Part shown: in pieces, positions 37,505 to 46,783 of the stretch | Numbering within the stretch: the first letter of the stretch is position 1 | Layout: every line of letters starts with the position of its first letter | From: an uncultured Pseudomonadota bacterium | GTDB lineage: Bacteria; Pseudomonadota; Gammaproteobacteria; Natronospirales; CAVUBB01 | NCBI GenBank assembly: GCA_963739695.1 | Contig: CAVUBB010000001.1 | Location: 34,967 to 98,966 of the forward strand | Direction of reading: 5' to 3' | DNA length: 64,000 nt | Notes under the pieces: model-generated | Told to the model about the DNA's origin: nothing | The model's input: only the letters and a program-made list of their open reading frames with translations | Databases searched by the model: none | Translations under genes and position numbers: made by a program

Positions 37505-38164
37505 CTAGAGGGTGAAGGTCTGCACGCCGCTGCTGCCGCCGAGGAGCAGCACGTCGGCCGGGCGCCTGGCAAAGAGCCCTACCGTCACCACGCCGGCGAT
37601 ATCGTTCAACTCGCTCTCCAGCTTTGCGGGGTCCAGGATGTGCAGGCCGTGCACGTCGAGGATCACGTTGCCGTTATCGGTCACGAAGCCTTCGCGCAAC
37701 TGCGGCTGGCCGCCGCGCTTCACCAGTTGGCGCCCCACATAGCTGCGCGCCATGGGGATCACTTCGATCGGCAGCGGGAAGCGGCCAAGGACGTCCACCA
37801 GCTTGCTCTGGTCGGCGATACAGATGAAGCGGCGCGATGCCGCGGCGACTATCTTTTCCCGGGTCAGCGCGCCGCCGCCGCCCTTGATCAGCTGCAGGTG
37901 GCGGGTCGCCTCGTCGGCGCCGTCCACATAGACGTCGAGATCGCCCGTGGAGTTGAGGTCCAGCACCGGGATCCCGAGCGCTTTAAGCCTTTCGGTGGAA
38001 GCCTCGGAGCTGGATACGGCACCTTCGATCTGCGCGCGTCTGGATGCCAGCGCGTCGATGAAGTGGTTGACTGTCGAACCTGTGCCGACGCCGATTATGC
38101 CGGCATCGCCAAGGTGTTCGAGGGCCGCCTGAGCGGCGATTTTCTTGAGGTCTTCCGCGCTCAT
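37505..38164 (-). CDS. rpiA: Ribose-5-phosphate isomerase A
   Basis: RpiA blocks are present: [37 protein letters not shown] and GVVTVGLF. Confidence 0.95.
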   Translation of the reverse strand: MSAEDLKKIAAQAALEHLGDAGIIGVGTGSTVNHFIDALASRRAQIEGAVSSSEASTERLKALGIPVLDLNSTGDLDVYVDGADEATRHLQLIKGGGGALTREKIVAAASRRFICIADQSKLVDVLGRFPLPIEVIPMARSYVGRQLVKRGGQPQLREGFVTDNGNVILDVHGLHILDPAKLESELNDIAGVVTVGLFARRPADVLLLGGSSGVQTFTL

Positions 38165-38269
38165 CCCGGATTCTCCCGGCAGGGATCACAAACACATAGG
38201 CCCGCATGAGCGGGCCTACGCAATGGATATCTCGAAACGGGCGGCTGCCAGGCAGCCGCCGCCCCGAAA

Positions 38270-38734
38270 TTAACGGCGTTTCGCAGTAGTCTTCCTGCGG
38301 CTGGCCGTCGTCTTCCTGCGTGCTGCCGTCTTTTTCTTGGCGGCAGTTTTCTTCCGGGCTGCAGTCTTCTTCTTGCGAGCCGGAGCCTTCTTGCGCTTGG
38401 CAGCGGCTTTCTTCTTGCGAGCCGGAGCCTTCTTGCGCTTGGCGGCGGCCTTCTTCTTGCGAGCCGGAGCCTTCTTGCGCTTGGCTGTAGCTTTCTTCTT
38501 CTTGGCAGCGGCTTTCTTCTTGCGAGCCGGTGCCTTCTTGCGCTTGGCTGTGGCTTTCTTCTTCTTGGCAGCGGCTTTCTTCTTGCGAGCCGGTGCTTTC
38601 TTCTTGGCAGTTGCCTTCTTCTTGGCAACTACTTTCTTGCGCGCCGCTGCCTTCTTGGCAGTTACTTTCTTCTTGGTAGAAGTTTTCTTTTTCGCGGCGG
38701 TCTTCTTACGGGTCTTGCGTTTAGTCGTAGCCAT
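38270..38734 (-). CDS. Histone H1-like lysine/alanine-rich nucleoid protein
   Basis: It is a 154-aa protein made almost entirely of K, A, R and T, with repeated KAPARKKKAAAK(KKKATA)KRK units. The composition resembles AlgP/Hc1/BpH-type proteins. Confidence 0.75.
   Translation of the reverse strand: MATTKRKTRKKTAAKKKTSTKKKVTAKKAAARKKVVAKKKATAKKKAPARKKKAAAKKKKATAKRKKAPARKKKAAAKKKKATAKRKKAPARKKKAAAKRKKAPARKKKAAAKRKKAPARKKKTAARKKTAAKKKTAARRKTTASRRKTTAKRR
38366..38612. repeat. Tandem coding repeats (42-bp and 63-bp periods) inside the H1-like gene
   Basis: The motif GCGAGCCGG(A/T)GC recurs at 38375, 38417, 38459, 38522 and 38585, with spacings of 42, 42, 63 and 63. Confidence 0.9.
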
Positions 38735-38961
38735 AAGATTCTCCCAGTGCCTAGACTCGCCGTTGAGTATATACGAGAAAAGTCAAAATTCCAGCAATAG
38801 GCATGCGAAGTTTTGTCGTCGAATCAAACGGCTGCGACGCACGGTCGGTTCATCAGCGCGGCGCGAATCGATTTCGAAAGCGTGTCGACGCGATCGTGGA
38901 CGAGGTGTACCGCAGGTGCTGAAGTTCGGTACCGTGCTTTCCCGCACAGCACTGTGCTGCG

Positions 38962-39426
38962 TCAAATACCCTTTAAATGCAGGATAAAACGCCATTCGTT
39001 GGCGGTGACGGGGGTGATGGACAGGCGGTTGCCGCGACGCAGGACGAGCATGTCCTGGAGCTCGGCAAAGGTCTTCATCTCCTGCAGCGTTACGGTGCGT
39101 GCGAAACGTCTTTCGAAGCCGACATCGACCATGTACCAGCGGGGGTTTTCAGGGTCGCTTTTGGGGTCGAAATGCGCATCTTCGGGGTCGAAGGCGCTGA
39201 AATCGGGATACGCTTCGCGGATCACGCGTGCGATACCGACCACTCCCGGTTCGCCACAGTTGGAATGGTAGAAGAGTACGCCGTCGCCGATACGCATGTC
39301 GTCGCGCATCATGTTGCGCGCCTGATAGTTACGTACGCCGTCCCAGTGCTCGCCTTTCTTGCCGCGCTTTGCCAGGTCATCGATCCCGAACACGTCGGGT
39401 TCGGATTTCATCAGCCAATACTTCAC
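38962..39426 (-). CDS. EVE-domain (PUA-like) protein
   Basis: MKYWLMKSEPDVF ... WDGVRNYQARNMMR ... GDGVLFYHS ... VVGIARV is the characteristic stand-alone EVE pattern. Confidence 0.85.
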   Translation of the reverse strand: MKYWLMKSEPDVFGIDDLAKRGKKGEHWDGVRNYQARNMMRDDMRIGDGVLFYHSNCGEPGVVGIARVIREAYPDFSAFDPEDAHFDPKSDPENPRWYMVDVGFERRFARTVTLQEMKTFAELQDMLVLRRGNRLSITPVTANEWRFILHLKGI

Positions 39427-39437
39427 GGAGCCTCTCC

Positions 39438-40046
39438 TCAGGGCGTAGGGGATGTGTCTGTCGCGGCCACGAGCAGCAGCTCTTGATCGGTCGCGACTGC
39501 GTGAAGGGGTATGTCCCAGGATCTGACGGGCAGCTTATCCACGCGCTGGAAGGCATACCCCAGGCCGGCCAGCACCGGCCCCTTGCCGGCGGCACGCAGG
39601 AAGGCGAAGGTTCGGTCGTAATAGCCTCCGCCCATACCCGCGCGGTTGCCCTGGCCGTCGAACGCGACCAGCGGTGCGAACACGATATCGAGTTCGACCG
39701 CGTCCAGGAGTTGCCGGGCGGCGCATTCCGGTTCGGGGATACCGAGGCGGTTGGGGTGCATCGAGACATGTTCAGGATACGGCGCGAAGCGCAAGCCGGT
39801 ATCCGCGGTATCACCGAGGACGGGCAGGAAGATCTGTTTGCCCTGTGTGCGCAGACGGGCCAGGAGGGGTGCGGGGTCGAGTTCGCCGTTTACTGCGATG
39901 TAGGCGGCGATGCGTTGCGCATCGGCCAGCGCGGGCAGTCCCAGCGCATGCTGGGCGGCGCGGCCAGCCGCTTGCAAACGCGCATGTGGGTCGAGTGCGG
40001 CGCGGTATTCGCGCATGCGCCGGCGCAGACTCTGCAGGTCGTCCAT
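39438..40046 (-). CDS. fau: 5-formyltetrahydrofolate cyclo-ligase
   Basis: The blocks IAAYIAVNGELD, VAFDGQGNRAGMGGGYYDR and WDIPLHAVATD are present. It lies immediately downstream of the 6S RNA, as with E. coli ygfA. The start is set at ATG 40046. Confidence 0.85.
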   Translation of the reverse strand: MDDLQSLRRRMREYRAALDPHARLQAAGRAAQHALGLPALADAQRIAAYIAVNGELDPAPLLARLRTQGKQIFLPVLGDTADTGLRFAPYPEHVSMHPNRLGIPEPECAARQLLDAVELDIVFAPLVAFDGQGNRAGMGGGYYDRTFAFLRAAGKGPVLAGLGYAFQRVDKLPVRSWDIPLHAVATDQELLLVAATDTSPTP

Positions 40047-40063
40047 GTCGAGTGTAGAAGTCA

Positions 40064-40260
40064 GGGGAGCATCTCCCGCCAGTGCCGTTATGGGCTTTCG
40101 CCCTTGAACCAGAGGTTCAGGTGGGAACGGCGTGGGCGCCTCAGGCTTTCCGCTACAAGGCGGACATGCACACCGGCATCCCTGTACACGCTCCCGGGGT
40201 AATTGATTAGGCTCAAAGAGTATACCCAGCCCGTATCGAACACCGCAGGAGATGCTGTAT
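40064..40260 (-). ncRNA. ssrS: 6S RNA
   Basis: It sits in the conserved position between zapA and the 5-FTHF cyclo-ligase gene. The minus-strand transcript has a closing stem AGCAUCUCC ... GGAGAUGCU. Its 3' motif CCUGAACCUCUGGUUCAAGGGCGAAAGCCC resembles E. coli CCUUGAACCAAGGGUUCAAGGGUUACAGCC. The ends are approximate. Confidence 0.8.
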
Positions 40261-40438
40261 TTGACCTGTCGGCGGCGATGAAGCCGCACACGTGCCCATG
40301 ATGCCGCAATAGTGCAGTCTGTCCAAGGCCTGTTTGCATCAGCGGGGAGGTTATTTTTTCACGCTGCACTGCAACGCGGCGGGCGGTCCAAGGCGGCGTG
40401 CTATCGCTTGCGGGTGCGGCCCGTAGCGGGCCGGCAAT

Positions 40439-40759
40439 TCAGTGGGGGAGGCTCAACTGCGCATCGTGTCCGAGCGCGAGGCTGATCCGGTCGTTCAGAG
40501 CGCGCAGACGCCGCGCGAGATCGCTCCCGAGCGACTTGGCCTCGGTGCCCGATTCGATGCTCTCGTGGGCCAGGTTGAGCGCCGCCATGACCGCGATGCG
40601 GTCGAGTCCGACCACCTTGCCAGTGGCGCGGATCTCCTGCATCTTCGCGCTCAGCAACTCGGCCGACTGGATGAGGGCTGCACGCTCCTGTTCAGGGCAG
40701 GCGACCTGATATTCCTTTTCCAGTATGCGTACGGTGACGCGAACCAGGTTATCGCTCAT
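40439..40759 (-). CDS. zapA: Cell division protein ZapA
   Basis: VTVRILEKEYQVACPEQERAALIQSAELLSAKM ... DRIAVMAALNLAHE matches the ZapA pattern. It has a 4-nt overlap with the upstream small coiled-coil gene. Confidence 0.9.
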   Translation of the reverse strand: MSDNLVRVTVRILEKEYQVACPEQERAALIQSAELLSAKMQEIRATGKVVGLDRIAVMAALNLAHESIESGTEAKSLGSDLARRLRALNDRISLALGHDAQLSLPH

Positions 40760-40989
40760 GCGCCCTGCTCCAGTGCCTTGAGTCGCGTGATCATGGCCTC
40801 GACCCGCGAGCGGACCTGTTCGTTCTTCTGCAGCAGGCTGGCGCGCTCGCTCATCATGCCTTCGAGGCGGTCCATCAAAGAGTGGTTTTCTTCGCGCAGC
40901 CGTTCACAGGTGACCACGAGATCCTCGATACGCCCCTCGAGGCGCTTGAGTTCACTTTCTACGGCTTCACGTGCTGCATTGTCGCTCAT
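40756..40989 (-). CDS. Small coiled-coil protein (ZapB-like / TIGR02449-type) upstream of zapA
   Basis: It is 77 aa with heptad-rich sequence (LKRLEGRIEDLVVTCERLREENHSLMDRLE...). It is the only credible part of the 1154-aa ORF 40756..44220. The start is ATG 40989. Confidence 0.65.
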   Translation of the reverse strand: MSDNAAREAVESELKRLEGRIEDLVVTCERLREENHSLMDRLEGMMSERASLLQKNEQVRSRVEAMITRLKALEQGA

Positions 40990-41118
40990 GGCGCTCACTA
41001 TAGAGCCGGGCCCCGATACGGTCAACGCGGCGAGACGGCGGATATGTTGGGGCCGGTTGCGCGCGATGATAGGATATGGCTTCCGCCCGCAGGCGCCGTT
41101 GCAATTTCCGAGGCCGCC

Positions 41119-41694
41119 TTGTCTGCCACCGACTATACCGAGCTCAACGAAGCGTTCAGCCGCGCCGGCGCGGGCACCGATGCCGCGGAGTGCCACGGCA
41201 CCATCTGCGGCATCCTGTGCATCGGCCGGCCGACCGACGACAAGGTCTGGTCGGACATCCTGCTCGAGGGTCTGGATCCGGACAGCGTCCTGGTCGCCGA
41301 GGCGCGCGCCATGATCGGCCAGCTCGCGGACCAGACCCAGGCTGGCCTGCGTTCGAACGACATGGCCTTCGCGCCGCTCCTGCCTGACGACGACGCGCCT
41401 CTTGCAGCGCGTGCCGGGGCGCTGGCGCAGTGGGTGCAGGGCTTTTTGTTCGGGCTTGCCGCCGGTGCCGCGCAGCGCACGCCGAACTACTCGGACGAGA
41501 CGCGCGAGGTGATAGAAGATTTCTCCCAGATCGCGCGCCTCGGGGCCCCCGAGGATGGTGGCGACGAAGACGATGAGATCGCGTTTGCAGAACTGGTGGA
41601 ATATCTGCGTGTCGGCACCCAGCTGGTCTACGAGGAGCTGCGCGAAGGCAAGAGCCGGACCGCGGCCGCCGCGGCACCGCCCACAGTCCATTAA
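41119..41694 (+). CDS. ygfB: YgfB/UPF0149 family protein
   Basis: It is colinear with E. coli YgfB (AECHGTICGILC, LAQWVQGFLFGL, FAELVEYLRVG). The start is uncertain: I prefer TTG 41119 with GAGG 5 nt upstream on N-terminal alignment; the alternative is ATG 41044. Confidence 0.8.
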   Translation: MSATDYTELNEAFSRAGAGTDAAECHGTICGILCIGRPTDDKVWSDILLEGLDPDSVLVAEARAMIGQLADQTQAGLRSNDMAFAPLLPDDDAPLAARAGALAQWVQGFLFGLAAGAAQRTPNYSDETREVIEDFSQIARLGAPEDGGDEDDEIAFAELVEYLRVGTQLVYEELREGKSRTAAAAAPPTVH

Positions 41695-41724
41695 CCCGCT
41701 GCCGAGAGAGGAGAGCCGTCGCTC

Positions 41725-43032
41725 ATGACTCGCCAGGAATTCGCCCGCCGCCGCCGCCAGCTGATGCGCATGATGGGCAATGACGCCATCGCCATCATCC
41801 CCGCCGCGCCGGAAAAGATTCGCAACCGGGACGTCGCCCATCGCTACCGCCAGGACAGCGATTTCCAGTACCTCACGGGCTTCCCGGAGCCTGAGGCGGT
41901 CGCCGTGCTCGTCCCCGGACGCAAACAGGCCGACTACATCCTCTTCTGCCGCGATCGCGATCCCTTGCGCGAGACCTGGGATGGGCGGCGCGCCGGTCCG
42001 GAAGGTGCCTGCCGCGACTATGGCGCCGCCGATGCCTTCCCCATCGGCGATATCGACGACATCCTGCCCGGGCTCATGGAACAACGCAGTTGCGTGTACT
42101 ACACGATGGGCGTGCACCCGGAATTCGACAAGCAGGTGATCCGCTGGGTGAACGAACTCAAGACGCAAGCGGGGCGCGGCAAGCACGCGCCGTACGAGTT
42201 CGTCTCCCTGGAACACCTGTTGCACGACATGCGCCTGTACAAGAGCAAGGCCGAGGTGGCGACCATGCGCCGCGCCGCGCGCATCTCCGTGGCCGCGCAC
42301 CTGCGCGCCATGCGCGCCTGCAAGCCGGGGCGTTTCGAATACGAGATCGAGGCCGAGCTGCTGCACGAGTTTCGCCGCCACGGCGCGGATACCGCGTATG
42401 CCTCCATCGTCGGCGGTGGCGCCAATGCCTGCATCCTTCACTACATCGAGAACGACGCCCGCCTGAACGACGGCGATCTGTTGTTGATCGATGCGGGTGC
42501 GGAATATGAATGCTATGCCTCCGACGTCACCCGCACTTTCCCGGTGAGCGGGCGCTATTCTCCCGAACAGCGCGCGATCTACGAACTCGTGCTCAAGGCC
42601 CAGCTTGCCGCCATCGACAAGTGCCGTGCGGGTGCGCACTGGAACGAGCCGCATCTGGCGGCAGTGAGAGTGCTCACGGCCGGGCTGGTGAAGCTGGGCA
42701 TCCTCAAGGGCGCGGTGCCCAAACTGATCAAGGAAGAAGCGTACAAGCCCTATTACATGCACCGCACCGGACATTGGCTGGGCATGGATGTGCACGATGT
42801 CGGCGATTACAAACTCGGCGACCAGTGGCGCGAACTCGAGCCCGGCATGGTGCTCACCGTGGAGCCGGGTCTCTACATCCCGGCCAACAGCAAGGGCGTG
42901 GCGAAAAAATGGTGGGATATCGGCGTGCGTATCGAGGACGATGTACTGGTGACGCGCGGCGAGCCCGATGTCCTGAGCGGCGATCTCATCAAGGACCCCG
43001 ATGAGATCGAAGCTCATATGGCGGTGGCCTGA
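41725..43032 (+). CDS. pepP: Xaa-Pro aminopeptidase
   Basis: M24B blocks are present: YRQDSDFQYLTGF, DLLLIDAG, HRTGHWLGMDVHD, LTVEPGLY and GVRIEDDV. Confidence 0.95.
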   Translation: MTRQEFARRRRQLMRMMGNDAIAIIPAAPEKIRNRDVAHRYRQDSDFQYLTGFPEPEAVAVLVPGRKQADYILFCRDRDPLRETWDGRRAGPEGACRDYGAADAFPIGDIDDILPGLMEQRSCVYYTMGVHPEFDKQVIRWVNELKTQAGRGKHAPYEFVSLEHLLHDMRLYKSKAEVATMRRAARISVAAHLRAMRACKPGRFEYEIEAELLHEFRRHGADTAYASIVGGGANACILHYIENDARLNDGDLLLIDAGAEYECYASDVTRTFPVSGRYSPEQRAIYELVLKAQLAAIDKCRAGAHWNEPHLAAVRVLTAGLVKLGILKGAVPKLIKEEAYKPYYMHRTGHWLGMDVHDVGDYKLGDQWRELEPGMVLTVEPGLYIPANSKGVAKKWWDIGVRIEDDVLVTRGEPDVLSGDLIKDPDEIEAHMAVA

Positions 43033-43041
43033 GTCCTCGTC

Positions 43042-44277
43042 GTGGCCCTGCCGCGCCGCAAGAACTTCGATGTCCTGATCGCCGGCGGCGGCATGGTCGG
43101 CGCGAGCCTGGCGGTGGCGCTGGCGCCTACCGGTCTGGAGATCGCGGTGATCGAAGCCTTCCCGCCCGGGGCCGCGAGTCAGCCCAGCTACGACGACCGT
43201 TCGACCGCGCTGGCGCAAGGCAGCCGGCGTATCCTGGCCGGCATGGGCGTGTGGGAAGCGATCGCACCGCATGCTGCGCCCATCCGCGAGATCCACGTCT
43301 CTCATCGCGGCCGCTTCGGCAGTGTGCGTATGCGCGCGCCCGAGTATGGCGTGTCGGCGCTCGGCTATGTCGTGTGCAACCGCGATATCGGGGCGGCGCT
43401 GGCGGGCGCGCTGGCTGCGTGCAGCAACGTGAGTTGTATCAGCCCGGCGCAGGTGGTGGGCCTGGCACTGGGCGAGGAGCGCAACGAACTGGCGCTCGAA
43501 TGCGAAGGCAAGGCGACCCGTGTGCGCGGACGCCTGCTGGTGGCTGCGGACGGCGCCCGCTCCTGGTTGCGTGAACGGCTGGGTGTCGATGCGCGGGTCT
43601 GGGATTACGGCCAGACCGCGGTGATCGCGAATGTCAGCCTGGATCGCGCGCACGGCGGTGTGGCCTATGAACGCTTCACCGATACCGGGCCGCTGGCGCT
43701 GTTGCCGCTGGATGCGGATCGCATGGCCCTGGTGTGGACAGTGCGCAGCGAGGAGCGCGCTGCCCTCATGGCTTTGGACGATGCCCGGTTTCTCGCGCGT
43801 CTGCAGCAGCGCTTCGGTTATCGCGCAGGACGTTTCCTGCGCGTGGGCCAACGCGCGGCCTACCCCTTGAGTCTGGTGCGTGCGGTCGAACAGACCGCGG
43901 AGCGCACGGTGATCATCGGCAACGCGGCGCACAGTCTGCACCCGATCGCCGGCCAGGGGTTCAATCTCTCGCTGCGCGATGTCGCGGTCCTGGCCGACGT
44001 GCTTGCCGACACTGCCGCTGCCGGCAACGATCCGGGTTCGTCGGCGACGCTCGCGCGCTACCTCGAATGGCGCAGCAAAGACCAGCTGGGTACCATCGCT
44101 TTCACCGACGTACTCAATCGCATCTTCGCGAACCCCTTGGCACCGGTGGCTGCGGTACGTGGGCTCGGCCTGCTCGCTACCGGTCTGCTGCCACCACTCA
44201 AGGATCTGCTCGCCCGCCACACCATGGGCATCGCCGGACGTCTGCCGCGACTGGCCCGGGAGCGCGAACTGCGATGA
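43042..44277 (+). CDS. ubiH: 2-octaprenyl-6-methoxyphenol hydroxylase (UbiH family flavin monooxygenase)
   Basis: It has the FAD fingerprint DVLIAGGGMVGASLA and the motif GNAAHSLHPIAGQGFNL. It follows pepP, as in E. coli. The start is GTG. Confidence 0.85.
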   Translation: MALPRRKNFDVLIAGGGMVGASLAVALAPTGLEIAVIEAFPPGAASQPSYDDRSTALAQGSRRILAGMGVWEAIAPHAAPIREIHVSHRGRFGSVRMRAPEYGVSALGYVVCNRDIGAALAGALAACSNVSCISPAQVVGLALGEERNELALECEGKATRVRGRLLVAADGARSWLRERLGVDARVWDYGQTAVIANVSLDRAHGGVAYERFTDTGPLALLPLDADRMALVWTVRSEERAALMALDDARFLARLQQRFGYRAGRFLRVGQRAAYPLSLVRAVEQTAERTVIIGNAAHSLHPIAGQGFNLSLRDVAVLADVLADTAAAGNDPGSSATLARYLEWRSKDQLGTIAFTDVLNRIFANPLAPVAAVRGLGLLATGLLPPLKDLLARHTMGIAGRLPRLARERELR

Positions 44278-45482
44278 ATACCTCTTATCGCGCCATCGTC
44301 ATCGGCAGTGGCGCCGTCGGCGCCACTCTGGCTTGCCAGCTCGCGCGCAAAGGGGTGCGCACGGCGCTCATCGAGGCACGCGAACCGCCCGCCTTCGATC
44401 CGGATGCCCTCGATCTGCGCGTATTCGCGATATCCCGGGCGACGCAGCGGATCTGGAACCAGCTCGGAGTCTGGGGCGAGATGCATGCGCGCCGCGCTTC
44501 GCCCTACCGGGCGATGGAAGTCTGGGACGCGCGCGGGCGCGGGCGGATCCACTTCGACGCCGCCGAACTCGGCGAACCCGATCTTGGCCACATCGTCGAG
44601 AACCGGCTGATCCAGTCGGTGCTGTTCGAGCTGGCGCGCTCGCTCGATACACTCGACATGTTTTGCCCCGCAAGCCCGGAAGCGATCGCGCTGGAGCCGG
44701 ATTGCGCGCGCGTCACGCTCGCCGACGGACGCGTGCTCGAAGCGGAGCTGGTGGTGGCGGCTGACGGTGCGCGTTCGCGCGTGCGCGAACTTGCCGGTAT
44801 CGATGTGCAGACCCATGCCTATGCGCAAAAGGCGCTGGTGGCTCACGTGCGCGGTGAGCAGGCGCACGGCGAGACCGCGCGCCAGGTGTTTCTGCCGGAG
44901 GGGCCGCTGGCCTTCTTGCCGTTGCTCGACGGGCGCTGCTCCATCGTCTGGTCGGCCGACGATGCGCGCGCCGATCAACTGCTGGCGCTGGACGATGCGG
45001 CGTTTCTGGCCGAGCTCACACAGGCCAGCGAGGGCGTTCTCGGCGCCATGCTCGAGACCACTCCACGTGCCAGTTTCCCGCTGGCCGCGGTGCATGCCCG
45101 GCGCTATGTGATCCCGCGGCTCGCACTGATCGGGGACGCGGCCCATACCGTGCATCCGCTTGCGGGTCAGGGTGTGAACCTGGGCGTGCTCGATGCAGCT
45201 GCTCTGGCCGAGGTGCTGGAAAGCGCGCTGCGCGAGGGTGATCTCGGCGAGCTGGCGCTGCTGCGCCGCTACGAACGCTGGCGTCGCGGCGAGAACCTGT
45301 CCATGCAGACGGCGTTGACGGGGTTCAAGGCGCTGTTCGGTTCCCGTCTGGGGCTGATCGCGTCGATCCGCAGCGCGGGTATCGGTCTGGTCGATCGTAT
45401 GGGGCCGGTGAAGAGCGAGCTCATGCGCCGCGCGATGGGTATCAGCGGCGATCTGCCGCGTGCCGCGCGGCCTTCAGTGTAG
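44274..45482 (+). CDS. ubiI: UbiH/UbiF/VisC/COQ6-family ubiquinone biosynthesis hydroxylase
   Basis: The blocks IVIGSGAVGATLA and GDAAHTVHPLAGQGVNLG are present. ATG 44274 overlaps the ubiH stop. The position matches E. coli visC/ubiI. Confidence 0.8.
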   Translation: MNTSYRAIVIGSGAVGATLACQLARKGVRTALIEAREPPAFDPDALDLRVFAISRATQRIWNQLGVWGEMHARRASPYRAMEVWDARGRGRIHFDAAELGEPDLGHIVENRLIQSVLFELARSLDTLDMFCPASPEAIALEPDCARVTLADGRVLEAELVVAADGARSRVRELAGIDVQTHAYAQKALVAHVRGEQAHGETARQVFLPEGPLAFLPLLDGRCSIVWSADDARADQLLALDDAAFLAELTQASEGVLGAMLETTPRASFPLAAVHARRYVIPRLALIGDAAHTVHPLAGQGVNLGVLDAAALAEVLESALREGDLGELALLRRYERWRRGENLSMQTALTGFKALFGSRLGLIASIRSAGIGLVDRMGPVKSELMRRAMGISGDLPRAARPSV

Positions 45483-45484
45483 TT

Positions 45485-45985
45485 TCAAGCGCCTGTGCGG
45501 CGCTCCAGCACGCGAAAGCTGTAAGGGTGGGGGTTGTCCGCATCCGCCGGATGATCTTCGCGTGAGACTTCCTTCCATTCGTCCTCCGGCAATGCCGGGA
45601 AGTAGGTATCGCCTTCGAGTTCGGTCTCGATCAGGGTGAGGTGGATACGCGTGCAGCGCGCCAGCATGTCGGCATACAGGCGTCCGCCGCCGATCACCAT
45701 GATCTCGCCGTCGCCGGCCAGCGCCAGCGCGGCGTCAGGGCTGGCCGCGATCTCGCAGCCGGGTGCCGAGAAGTTGCGATCGCGCGTGATCACGATATTG
45801 CGTCGTCTCGGCAGCGCGCGGCCGATGGATTCGAAGGTGCGCCGACCCATGAGCACGCTGTGATCAAGGGTCACCGTGCGAAAGTGGCGCAGGTCGGCCG
45901 GCAGATGCCAGGGCATGCCCTGATCGCGGCCGATGACGCGGTTGCGCGTCATGGCGACCACCATGGTGATGCGCGCAGGGTTCAT
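45485..45985 (-). CDS. folA: Dihydrofolate reductase
   Basis: DHFR blocks are present: VIGRDQGMPWHLPADLRHFR, VLMGRRTFESIG and VIGGGRLY. Confidence 0.95.
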   Translation of the reverse strand: MNPARITMVVAMTRNRVIGRDQGMPWHLPADLRHFRTVTLDHSVLMGRRTFESIGRALPRRRNIVITRDRNFSAPGCEIAASPDAALALAGDGEIMVIGGGRLYADMLARCTRIHLTLIETELEGDTYFPALPEDEWKEVSREDHPADADNPHPYSFRVLERRTGA

Positions 45986-45988
45986 GAC

Positions 45989-46783
45989 TCAGACCGCGAC
46001 CGGCGCCTTGATGCCCGGGTGCGACTGATAATCCACGATCTCGAAATCCTCGAAGCGGTAGTCGAAGATGCTTTCCGGTCGCCGGTGGATGCGCAGCGTG
46101 GGCAGTGCCAGCGGCTCCCGGGAGAGCTGTTCGCGCGCCTGCTCAAGGTGGTTCAGGTAGAGGTGGCAGTCGCCGCCGGTCCACACGAAATCGCCCGGCT
46201 CGAGATCCAGTTGCTGCGCGAGCATGTGGGTGAGCAGGGCATAGGAGCAGATGTTGAACGGCACACCCAGAAACACGTCGGCACTGCGCTGGTAGAGTTG
46301 GCAGGACAGCTTGCCGCCGGCTACGTAGAACTGGAAGAACGCGTGGCAGGGCGCGAGCGCCATCTTGTCGAGCTCGCCCACGTTCCACGCGCTCACGATC
46401 AGGCGTCGCGAATGCGGTTTTGCGCGCAGTTGCTCGACGAGGAGCTTGATCTGGTCGATGTGGCGCCCGTCGGCAGCGGGCCACGAGCGCCACTGGCGGC
46501 CGTAGACCGGGCCCAGGTCGCCGTTCTCGTCCGCCCATTCGTCCCAGATGCTTACGCCGTTCTCTTTCAGGTAGGCGATATTGGTGTCGCCGCGCAGGAA
46601 CCACAGCAGCTCGTGGATGATGGAGCGGAAATGCAGCTTCTTGGTGGTCACGGCCGGAAAGCCCGCGCCGAGGTCGAAGCGCAGCTGGTGGCCGAACACG
46701 CTCAGGGTGCCGGTGCCGGTGCGGTCGTCTTTTTGGGTGCCATGCTCGAGGATGTGGCGCATCAGGTCGAGGTATTGCCGCAT
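45989..46783 (-). CDS. thyA: Thymidylate synthase
   Basis: [31 protein letters not shown] ... [12 protein letters not shown] ... the C-terminus AV. The start overlaps the lgt stop (TGATG). Confidence 0.97.
   Translation of the reverse strand: MRQYLDLMRHILEHGTQKDDRTGTGTLSVFGHQLRFDLGAGFPAVTTKKLHFRSIIHELLWFLRGDTNIAYLKENGVSIWDEWADENGDLGPVYGRQWRSWPAADGRHIDQIKLLVEQLRAKPHSRRLIVSAWNVGELDKMALAPCHAFFQFYVAGGKLSCQLYQRSADVFLGVPFNICSYALLTHMLAQQLDLEPGDFVWTGGDCHLYLNHLEQAREQLSREPLALPTLRIHRRPESIFDYRFEDFEIVDYQSHPGIKAPVAV

Noticed and set aside
38340-38620. Regularly spaced repeats that could be mistaken for a CRISPR array
   Set aside because: The repeats are contiguous, in-frame 42/63-bp coding units of the H1-like gene with no unique spacers. 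No cas genes are in the window.
40756-44220. 1154-aa ORF on the minus strand, the longest in the track
   Set aside because: It runs antisense to ygfB, pepP and ubiH, all of which have unmistakable family motifs on the plus strand. Its translation is low-complexity R/A/G-rich sequence, typical of antisense frames in high-GC DNA. Only its last 77 codons (40756..40989, a coiled-coil protein upstream of zapA) are credible.
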